15,866 nt of DNA, taken from a virus. Lineage: Duplodnaviria > Heunggongvirae > Uroviricota > Caudoviricetes. Both the position numbers and the translations under genes were made by a program. Where the stretch lies: IMG/VR virus record IMGVR_UViG_2721755811_000005; one strand, given 5' to 3'. The notes below the pieces were generated by a model, which saw only the letters and a program-made list of their open reading frames with translations, ran no database searches and had not been told where the DNA came from. Below are positions 6,977-12,967 of the stretch, in pieces (positions within the stretch are counted from its first letter, which is position 1; each line of letters starts with the position of its first letter).

Positions 6977-7825
6977 TCATTTTGCTAAGCGAAGCCCTCG
7001 CTTTCTTCTAACGGTTGACCACCAAAACACCCAGCCGAGGACCCTGATTTGCTGTGCCTGCTCTGGTGTCAGGAACTCGTCTGGGTACTCCTCATCATTC
7101 TCGCTACGGATTCGCAACCCTCCGCCTGGAAGGCGATAGAGGAATTTCACTCGAAGCATACCGTCGTGGTCAAAGGCATATATCTCACCATCTTCGATAT
7201 GCGTAGCACCCCGGTCAATACCGATAGTGGCGCCGTCCATGATCAAGCGCTCCATGCTCCTACCTCGGAGGGTCGCACACGCAGCGTTCTTCTCGTCAAC
7301 CCCTGCCTCGCGAAGCGTTGACCTAGCAAAGCGTAAGAGCCTTCCGGGAACCTCAACAACCTCCGTAGCTCCGGTTCCTCCAGCCAACTCGACCTCCTTG
7401 TACAGCGGAATGGCTACCTCATCTGGACCAAGCGGCGTGGAGTCATCCCAAGGGGACATGCATCCGATCAATTCCGCATTGGGCTCCACAGCTTTCAGTG
7501 CTGCAGGGCCTTGGTCGGTCAATCCGTTTGCAATCCTGGTCATTTCTTCCAGTTCTGCAGCAAGGCGAGGGCTGACCTCGGCAGGAGAAAAGCTCAGCGC
7601 CTGCGAGAACTTCAGCAACGCATCGAGATTCAAGGCCAGCTTGCCGGACATGTACTGGTTGACGGTGCTTTGTGCGGATGCCCACCCGCAAGCCTCCCCA
7701 ACGCTTTCCTGGGTGATGGCTTGCCCTCGCGCCGAAGCTTCTGCCTTCCGCTTGAGGTAAATCGCCTTGAGTCGGGCGCACTCAAGAGCTTCGTTGGGGG
7801 CTAGGGGTCTTCGTTGTCTGCTCAT
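6977..7825 (-). CDS. cI: CI-like repressor (HTH plus S24 autopeptidase)
   Basis: 282 aa; N-terminal HTH (TQESVGEACGWASAQSTVNQY), Ala-Gly cleavage site (ELAGG), catalytic Ser (GRSM) and Lys (RVK); divergent from cro. Confidence 0.95.
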   Translation of the reverse strand: MSRQRRPLAPNEALECARLKAIYLKRKAEASARGQAITQESVGEACGWASAQSTVNQYMSGKLALNLDALLKFSQALSFSPAEVSPRLAAELEEMTRIANGLTDQGPAALKAVEPNAELIGCMSPWDDSTPLGPDEVAIPLYKEVELAGGTGATEVVEVPGRLLRFARSTLREAGVDEKNAACATLRGRSMERLIMDGATIGIDRGATHIEDGEIYAFDHDGMLRVKFLYRLPGGGLRIRSENDEEYPDEFLTPEQAQQIRVLGWVFWWSTVRRKRGLRLAK

Positions 7826-7831
7826 GCCAAA

Positions 7832-7860
7832 ACTGTATTAGCTCTACTTAATTGTTTCAA
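7832..7860 (-). promoter_or_regulatory. PRM-like promoter, predicted leaderless cI mRNA
   Basis: TTGAAA (7860-7855), 17 bp, TACAGT (7837-7832); only 6 nt separate the -10 from the ATG at 7825, and there is no SD. Confidence 0.7.
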
Positions 7861-7907
7861 ACAGCCTGGCTTTTATTGGTTGCTGGAAAAAACAAGCCAG
7901 GCTAATA
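7836..7907. promoter_or_regulatory. OR operators (three 17-bp sites)
   Basis: TATTAGC-TCT-ACTTAAT (7836-7852), AAACAGC-CTG-GCTTTTA (7859-7875), AACAAGC-CAG-GCTAATA (7891-7907). Confidence 0.75.
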
Positions 7908-7908
7908 T
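7880..7908 (+). promoter_or_regulatory. PR-like sigma70 promoter
   Basis: TTGCTG (7880-7885), 17 bp, TAATAT (7903-7908), overlapped by the 7891-7907 operator. Confidence 0.75.
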
Positions 7909-7937
7909 CTTCGGGAAACACCTCATGGACCAGCCAG

Positions 7938-8273
7938 ATGAAAGACGTCCCGTTGAGCGAGTTCTTGGGCGCCAAAACCTTTCGCGCCAAGCAGAAGGAA
8001 GTGGCCGGAGCTCTTGGCATAACCCAAAGCGCTGTATCTCAAATGGCGAGATCTGGCCGAAGAGTCTTCGTGCGCGTGATCGACGGTCAGGTCGTCGGAG
8101 CCTTCGAGATAAAGGCTGTTCCCTCGAACAGTCGAATCTCGCTACCCGCTTCGTGCTGCGAAGCTTGGACCGCAGGATCCGCCGACCTTGAGCCCATTCT
8201 GCCGTCCGATTCCCACATCCGGCAGTGCGCTGATACCGCTGTTCAGGCATCCAGTACCGAGGTGGCTCCGTGA
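7938..8273 (+). CDS. cro: Cro-like repressor with a C-terminal extension
   Basis: 111 aa; KQKEVAGALGITQSAVSQMARSGRRVFV matches the lambda-type Cro HTH plus beta strands; position directly after PR. Confidence 0.85.
   Translation: MKDVPLSEFLGAKTFRAKQKEVAGALGITQSAVSQMARSGRRVFVRVIDGQVVGAFEIKAVPSNSRISLPASCCEAWTAGSADLEPILPSDSHIRQCADTAVQASSTEVAP
8239..8254. promoter_or_regulatory. Candidate LexA (SOS) box
   Basis: CTGTTCAGGCATCCAG fits CTG-N10-CAG and is followed by TA (TACTG half-site on the reverse strand). The centre is not AT-rich, so the match is imperfect. Confidence 0.4.
8250..8265 (+). repeat. 16-bp sequence TCCAGTACCGAGGTGG, inverted copy of 1061-1076
   Basis: Exact reverse complement of 1061-1076; lies in the last codons of cro. 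Confidence 0.9.
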
Positions 8274-8599
8274 TTTCCCGTCAAAAGCCCGTTTGGCCCC
8301 TTCCCGTGAGTGCAGTTTCACGGGCGAAATCTGGGGACCTGGCCGATGTGAGCGGCCCGACAAGACGTCGGGACCATGGTGTTCATCGGAAGGGCCTCTT
8401 GAGGGCCTTCGTTTACCAAGCCACTTGGGATATTTCTAAAAGGGTGCAGGCGACCTGCATCGCCTCGTCAATGAAATCAGGAGCTTGCACTTTGGAAAAG
8501 TCTGATACGCGCGTTCGCGCCCCTTCATCAAAGCCGCCCTGACCTGGGTTGCGCTTTTCAAAATGTGTGGAGGATAGGGACTCCCTGTCTCCAGACAGC

Positions 8600-8622
8600 A
8601 AAAAGCCCCGCTTTCGCGAGGC
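8600..8622 (-). terminator. Intrinsic terminator on the antisense (leftward) strand
   Basis: Minus strand GCCUCGC-GAAA-GCGGGGC-UUUUU. The U-G pair, GNRA loop and U tract all fit only the minus strand. Confidence 0.75.
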
Positions 8623-8689
8623 CTTTAGTCGGTAGTCGTTGGCGCGACTGCCTAGGTACTTCTTTGTCTCGAGGGAGACATCAACATGC
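8600..8689 (-). ncRNA. Candidate ~90-nt cis-antisense RNA over the RBS and start codon of the 8686 operon
   Basis: Bounded by a minus-strand promoter (8724-8696) and a minus-strand terminator (8622-8600); contains no plausible coding ORF. Confidence 0.55.
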
Positions 8690-8997
8690 AACTCAAAAAT
8701 ATCAAAACGTCAAGCCAGGCGCAACAGCTAGCGACCACTGAGGAGGTTGGATTTCTCCTGACCCCCAGCGGGCTCTGTGCGCTCCAGGTCTGCGAGGGGA
8801 TTCCCATCGTAGAGGTAATGCAACGTTACGAGGAGTCGCTCAACGCTCTCTGCGTTTTGCTCAGGCGCTTGGCCAGGGACGTCGTTCACCCTATGAACGA
8901 CTCCGAAGCAGAAGCTATCGCGCTGCTCACTGAGGTGGTGGCGGCTATGCACAGTAGCTGCGTGCGCGGCCTTGATGCTGCGGGAGGTGCTGCATGA
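8686..8997 (+). CDS. DUF3077-like small helical protein (diverged)
   Basis: 103 aa; LQVCEGIPIVEVM...LL and AIALLTEVVAAM parallel the pattern of the 8994 protein; SD GAGGGAG sits in a hairpin. Confidence 0.7.
   Translation: MQLKNIKTSSQAQQLATTEEVGFLLTPSGLCALQVCEGIPIVEVMQRYEESLNALCVLLRRLARDVVHPMNDSEAEAIALLTEVVAAMHSSCVRGLDAAGGAA
8696..8724 (-). promoter_or_regulatory. Antisense sigma70 promoter inside the start of the 8686 gene
   Basis: TTGCGC (8724-8719), 17 bp, extended -10 TGa-TATTTT (8701-8696); predicted +1 near 8689. Confidence 0.55.
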
Positions 8998-9281
8998 ACG
9001 CGCTTCTGAGAGCTCGCCCTATTGACCCGGAGAACAGCTTCTTCAAGGTCAACCCTGGACTTTCCAAGCGGGAAGCCTTGGACGAGGCCAGTGTCATTCT
9101 GGCCGGGCTCAGCGACATCCTCATCTCCCTCGTCGAGGGTAGCCCCATGGATGGCAATGGCTACCACGCGCTGGCGTACCTGAGTGATGCAGCAAAGGCG
9201 CTAGTGGATGCCGCCATACCTCTGCCCGCGGAGGAGGCGGAAATCGCCGCTGCGCTCAATGCAAAGGAGCGCCGCCAATGA
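8994..9281 (+). CDS. DUF3077 family protein
   Basis: 95 aa; FFKVNPGLSKREALDEASVIL...ALAYLSDAAKALVDA is the typical DUF3077 pattern. Confidence 0.75.
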   Translation: MNALLRARPIDPENSFFKVNPGLSKREALDEASVILAGLSDILISLVEGSPMDGNGYHALAYLSDAAKALVDAAIPLPAEEAEIAAALNAKERRQ

Positions 9282-9586
9282 ACCTCTCGACGCTGCTCAG
9301 CAATCAGTGTTCCCCGGTCCCAGACGAAGTTCTGACCGATAAGCAGATCCGATCCATTGCGTTTGAGCGCGATACGGCTCGCCATGCCGCTCAGAACATG
9401 GCGCTCGGTGTTGCCGCAGTCGGGAAACTGCTGGCGCTTACCAGTGCTGAAGGCGAGATCGGCCAGGAAACCGCCGAGCGTCTTGGCTGGTTCTTGGAGG
9501 AGGTTGGCGGGGTGATCTTCCAACTGGTGGAGTTCGACCAGGTCTGCACGAATCGCATCAACCGGCAGAAGGAGGCTCAGCAATGA
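9278..9586 (+). CDS. Phage hypothetical helical protein
   Basis: 102 aa; GVAAVGKLL...LGWFLEEVG pattern; ATGA overlaps on both sides. Confidence 0.8.
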   Translation: MNLSTLLSNQCSPVPDEVLTDKQIRSIAFERDTARHAAQNMALGVAAVGKLLALTSAEGEIGQETAERLGWFLEEVGGVIFQLVEFDQVCTNRINRQKEAQQ

Positions 9587-9858
9587 GGGCCACATTGGGT
9601 ATCAGCTTCCGGGAGACTGCGCCGGTTGATCTTTCGAAGGGAGATCACAAGACGAATGTCCTGTGCGTTAAGGATGACATCGATGCCGACCTCGCGCTGG
9701 ACAGCGCCACCGATCTTCTGGACGCGGTGATTGGTGGGCTTCAGGAAATCGTTAGCGAGCCGAGCGTTTCTTCCCAGGTTTCGCTGATGCTTCACGCGGT
9801 CGAGACCGCGCAGGCCTTGGTCCGTGCCGCCTTGGAGGGTGGGGAGGTGCCGGCATGA
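9583..9858 (+). CDS. DUF3077-like small helical protein (diverged)
   Basis: 91 aa; VLCVKDDIDADLALDSATDLL...LHAVETAQALVRAA parallels the 8994 protein. Confidence 0.7.
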   Translation: MRATLGISFRETAPVDLSKGDHKTNVLCVKDDIDADLALDSATDLLDAVIGGLQEIVSEPSVSSQVSLMLHAVETAQALVRAALEGGEVPA

Positions 9859-10346
9859 GCTCTGTGTCTGATGCAAAACGCCCTCGTCGTGGCAAGAAGC
9901 TGCAGGGAATCTGCCTCCACCCACGCGCCAAGGAAGCTTGGCGGCGATTGCCCTTCGTAGGCAAGGACCATGGTCGCTACTCAATGTGGGATGTCCCTCT
10001 GACCGGTAGTTACCTCACCGGCCTCGAGGCAGGCAAGAGTATCGCGCATATCTACCTGAAGTATGTCCGGGATGTGGACGACTGGATGGCCGCCGAGGTG
10101 CTCAGGAGCATGGTCCGCGATCTGATCACCAAAGCCCCTTCGGACGAGCAAGAGGAAACTGTCAAACGCGGCCAGTTCGCGGGGTTCATGGGCGAGATAT
10201 TCAACTGGCTCAGGGTGTCCGCCCAGTTTGCCGGAAGCAGTCTAGACCGAGTGGAAGACCAGGACCTGGTAGATCGGGTGAACCACTACCTGGATGCAGG
10301 CGTAGCCGATGCAATAGATGCGGCTATTACGAGGGCTTCGACATGA
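9855..10346 (+). CDS. Phage hypothetical protein
   Basis: 163 aa, SD GGAGG, ATGA overlaps, basic N-terminus. Confidence 0.8.
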   Translation: MSSVSDAKRPRRGKKLQGICLHPRAKEAWRRLPFVGKDHGRYSMWDVPLTGSYLTGLEAGKSIAHIYLKYVRDVDDWMAAEVLRSMVRDLITKAPSDEQEETVKRGQFAGFMGEIFNWLRVSAQFAGSSLDRVEDQDLVDRVNHYLDAGVADAIDAAITRAST

Positions 10347-11107
10347 CTGGCCTGACCACCATCGGCGGCCAGGCCGCCACCATGACCAGTATCGATCTGC
10401 GGGACATCATCAACGAGGCGCGGGCCGCTGCGAATGAACCCCGCGTCAGGAATGACCAGTTCATCGCCCGGGTGCAGGATGAGCTCGGCGATGAACTTGG
10501 GGTATGCAAAAAAATTGCACACCCCCAGAGCGGCGTTTTGATGGAGTGTTACGAGCTCACTTTGGACCAATGCATGCTCGTCGGCATGCGGGAGTCCAAG
10601 GGGGTGCGCCGCAGTGTTCTGGAGAGGCTGAAGGCTCTGCGTGCGCCGATGACCCAGGCTGAGCAGATGCTGGCTCATGCGCAGATTCAGGTGCAACTCG
10701 AGCGCCGACAGCAGCAGATCGAGCAACAGCAGGCCCAGCACCAGGTCGCTATTGAGCGCGTCGAGCAGCGGGTCGAGGACCTGTCCGAATCCCGCGTTTG
10801 GGACCACTGCCCGCAGAACTGCATGCCGATCACCCGCATCCGTGAGGTGATCAATGACCGTTATGGCCTGTCGGCCACCGTGGTGGACGCAGTGGTTCGG
10901 CAGATGCCTATCAGCCCGAAGCCCTGGGGCATGGTCCGCAACGGCCACGAGAACGCCCAGGGCAGCCAGTACGCGGTCTGGGCGACCAGCGATATCACTG
11001 CGGTCTTCAAGCGCTTCGTCAGCGAGTGCGAGCGGGTTACCGAGACCCAAGCTACCCATCCCTATTTCCCGGGCCGGTTCCGGCTGGCCCCGAAGGTGAA
11101 GTCATGA
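10343..11107 (+). CDS. Rha/antirepressor-like DNA-binding protein with a Q-rich coiled coil
   Basis: 254 aa; TMTSIDLRDIINEAR...YELTLDQCMLVGMRESKGVRRSV N-terminal domain followed by a coiled coil (RRQQQIEQQQAQHQ). Confidence 0.7.
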   Translation: MTGLTTIGGQAATMTSIDLRDIINEARAAANEPRVRNDQFIARVQDELGDELGVCKKIAHPQSGVLMECYELTLDQCMLVGMRESKGVRRSVLERLKALRAPMTQAEQMLAHAQIQVQLERRQQQIEQQQAQHQVAIERVEQRVEDLSESRVWDHCPQNCMPITRIREVINDRYGLSATVVDAVVRQMPISPKPWGMVRNGHENAQGSQYAVWATSDITAVFKRFVSECERVTETQATHPYFPGRFRLAPKVKS

Positions 11108-11460
11108 GCAAGAAAAGCAAGCGCAATACCACCGAGCAGATGACTCCTGAGTTTCTAGCCGCTGGCCGCCTCTACACCAGCATGTGCAAGGCCGGCCTGT
11201 CGCATACCCCGGAAGCCGCAGCAGTGTTTCGGCACATGTACGACGCAGCCCCGGAGTCGTTCCGCCAGGAAATGCACGACATGGCTGTGCAGATGGGGCT
11301 GATGCCTGCCGTTCCGGATGGCTATACCGACGACGGAGAGCCCGTTTACGAACTGGAAGGGATGGCCAAGCGGCTGGGCATTGATCCCGAAGAGGCGAAG
11401 CGCAAAGCCGAAGAGCTGGGCCTCAAGCCGAACACCCTCAAAGTCCATAGGGTGAACTGA
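11104..11460 (+). CDS. Phage hypothetical protein, possible C-terminal HTH
   Basis: 118 aa from ATG 11104 (ATGA overlap); YELEGMAKRLGIDPEEAKRK is HTH-like. Confidence 0.75.
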   Translation: MSKKSKRNTTEQMTPEFLAAGRLYTSMCKAGLSHTPEAAAVFRHMYDAAPESFRQEMHDMAVQMGLMPAVPDGYTDDGEPVYELEGMAKRLGIDPEEAKRKAEELGLKPNTLKVHRVN

Positions 11461-11463
11461 GCC

Positions 11464-11598
11464 ATGACCAACACCATCCAGATTCACCGCCACGCCCTGC
11501 CTATCGTTGAGTTCCGCAGCAGGCGCAACCTGACCACCCACCTCAAGCGCAAGATGCGGACCTTGGTGCAGCGCCTGGAGAGGGAGGGCTTGGCATGA
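11464..11598 (+). CDS. 44-aa ORF, possibly an ORF6N-antirepressor remnant
   Basis: MTNTIQIHRHALPIVEFRSRRNLTTHLKRKMRTLVQRLEREGLA; fills the gap exactly, with an ATGA overlap to the next gene. Confidence 0.6.
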   Translation: MTNTIQIHRHALPIVEFRSRRNLTTHLKRKMRTLVQRLEREGLA

Positions 11599-11909
11599 GC
11601 AAGGTCGCCCACCAGTCCGATCCCGTGATGCTCAACGAGCAGTCCTTCGAGCAGTTCGGCAGCGACCAGGTTGCCTACAAGATCTGGTGCTCAATCGACA
11701 CTGCCTTCGAGCTGCTGGGCCAGTTCGATCCCCCTGTAGTAGCCGAGGTTGCCCTAAACATCGCCGATATCCAGTTCGAGATCATCAAGGCGCGCTTCGC
11801 CCTGATGGTGCTGGTGAAGCGGTTGTGTGGCTGGCGCCCGGAAGATATCGATGAAGTATTGGCTGAGCGGCTGATGGAGAAGTTGTTCAGCAGTTCGGAG
11901 GAGAAGTAA
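11595..11909 (+). CDS. Phage hypothetical protein
   Basis: 104 aa, SD GGAGGG, TAATG overlap with the initiator gene. Confidence 0.75.
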   Translation: MSKVAHQSDPVMLNEQSFEQFGSDQVAYKIWCSIDTAFELLGQFDPPVVAEVALNIADIQFEIIKARFALMVLVKRLCGWRPEDIDEVLAERLMEKLFSSSEEK

Positions 11910-12967
11910 TGGCTCGCGCCCGCAACATCAAACCCTCGTTCTTCAAGAACGAGGATCTGGCCGACCTGGATCCATTCGACCGCCTGCTGTTCATCGGTCT
12001 GTGGTGTCTGGCTGATCGGGAGGGGCGGCTGGAATACCGGCCGCGCCGGATCAAGATCGAACTGTTCCCCGGGGATAACTATGACGTGGAGATCGGCCTG
12101 GCCAATCTCTTGGACAAGGGATTCATCGAGCGCTACGAGGTTGCTGGTTTCTCGGTGATCTCTCTGCCGAACTTCACTCGTCACCAGTCTCCGCATAGCA
12201 CCGAGAAGGACAGCGAGCTACCTGACTGCAACGGTTATCTAACTGTGAATGAGCGTGCGCGTGGGAAGGTTATTCCAGGTAAGCAACGGTTAGTGCATGC
12301 GGAAACTGGTGCATGTGTGGATATAAATAACAGTGCTTTAACAGTTAAAACACCAGAGCAGTCGCAGTCTGCACCTGTGGATGCATCAACCAATAACGCC
12401 CTGAATCCTGATTCTCTGAATCCTGATTACCTGAATCCTGAAGAAGATCAAGAGACTCTTGTCGACTCTGACGAATCGACGACAGCGAGCGACGACCTTG
12501 CCGGCGGGGAAAAACCTCCCACCGAGGAGCGATCCGAGTACAGCGAGGATTTCAACCGCTTCTGGTCGGAGTACCCTCGCCGGCATCGGTCCGGCGCGAA
12601 GAAGCCGGCGTGGAGAGCGTGGAAGGCCAGGCTGCGTGCTGGCGCCACGGTCGAAGAGTTGATCCAGGCAGCGAAGAACTATCACGCCGAGATGGCCGGC
12701 AAGGGCAACGTCGGGACGGAGTTCGTCAAGCTGCCGGAGACGTTCATTGGCCCGAACGATCACTGGCGGGAGTACGTTGGTGAGCTAGGCGCTCCCCGGG
12801 GGCCTTCCGGCCCTGGCGGCAAGCGCTACCCGTTCATCCCACCCCGGGGCTACCAGCTTGAGGATCACGAGTTCTGGCATCCGCAGATGACGGACACGGT
12901 GCTGTCCACTCGGACCCATGACTTCAGCACCCTTGAGCGTTTTCCGGACGGGGAGGGCGCATGCTGA
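11909..12967 (+). CDS. Phage replication initiation protein (O-like position)
   Basis: 352 aa; N-terminal RARNIKPSFFKNE...LLFIGLWCLADREGRL winged-helix-like domain, a low-complexity middle with DNA repeats, and a C-terminal FNRFWSEYPRR...KKPAWRAWK domain. Confidence 0.85.
   Translation: MARARNIKPSFFKNEDLADLDPFDRLLFIGLWCLADREGRLEYRPRRIKIELFPGDNYDVEIGLANLLDKGFIERYEVAGFSVISLPNFTRHQSPHSTEKDSELPDCNGYLTVNERARGKVIPGKQRLVHAETGACVDINNSALTVKTPEQSQSAPVDASTNNALNPDSLNPDYLNPEEDQETLVDSDESTTASDDLAGGEKPPTEERSEYSEDFNRFWSEYPRRHRSGAKKPAWRAWKARLRAGATVEELIQAAKNYHAEMAGKGNVGTEFVKLPETFIGPNDHWREYVGELGAPRGPSGPGGKRYPFIPPRGYQLEDHEFWHPQMTDTVLSTRTHDFSTLERFPDGEGAC
12228..12445. repeat. Probable phage replication origin (iteron-like repeats, AT-rich patch, 3 x 15-bp tandem repeat)
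   Basis: GCAACGGTTA at 12228 and 12283; TAACAGT at 12328 and 12339; inverted TAACTGT at 12240; AT-rich 12321-12351; CTGAATCCTGAnnnn three times at 12401, 12416 and 12431. Confidence 0.65.

Noticed and set aside
3574-7139. Long plus-strand ORFs 3574..4476, 4696..6069 and 5856..7139
   Set aside because: They are antisense shadows of well-supported minus-strand genes in GC-rich DNA, with Arg/Ala/Pro-rich or non-motif translations and no RBS.
8270-8542. 90-aa plus-strand ORF after cro as a possible cII
   Set aside because: It has an SD and a GTGA overlap, but the composition is not protein-like and shows no HTH or CII pattern. It cannot be supported, though translation is not excluded.
8413-8691. 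92-aa minus-strand ORF
   Set aside because: It runs through a minus-strand terminator and has no RBS or recognisable motif.
10286-11059. 257-aa minus-strand ORF
   Set aside because: Antisense shadow of the Rha-like gene.
12401-12445. Triple 15-bp repeat as a mini-CRISPR
   Set aside because: The repeats are contiguous, in frame inside a CDS, have no spacers, and no cas genes are present.
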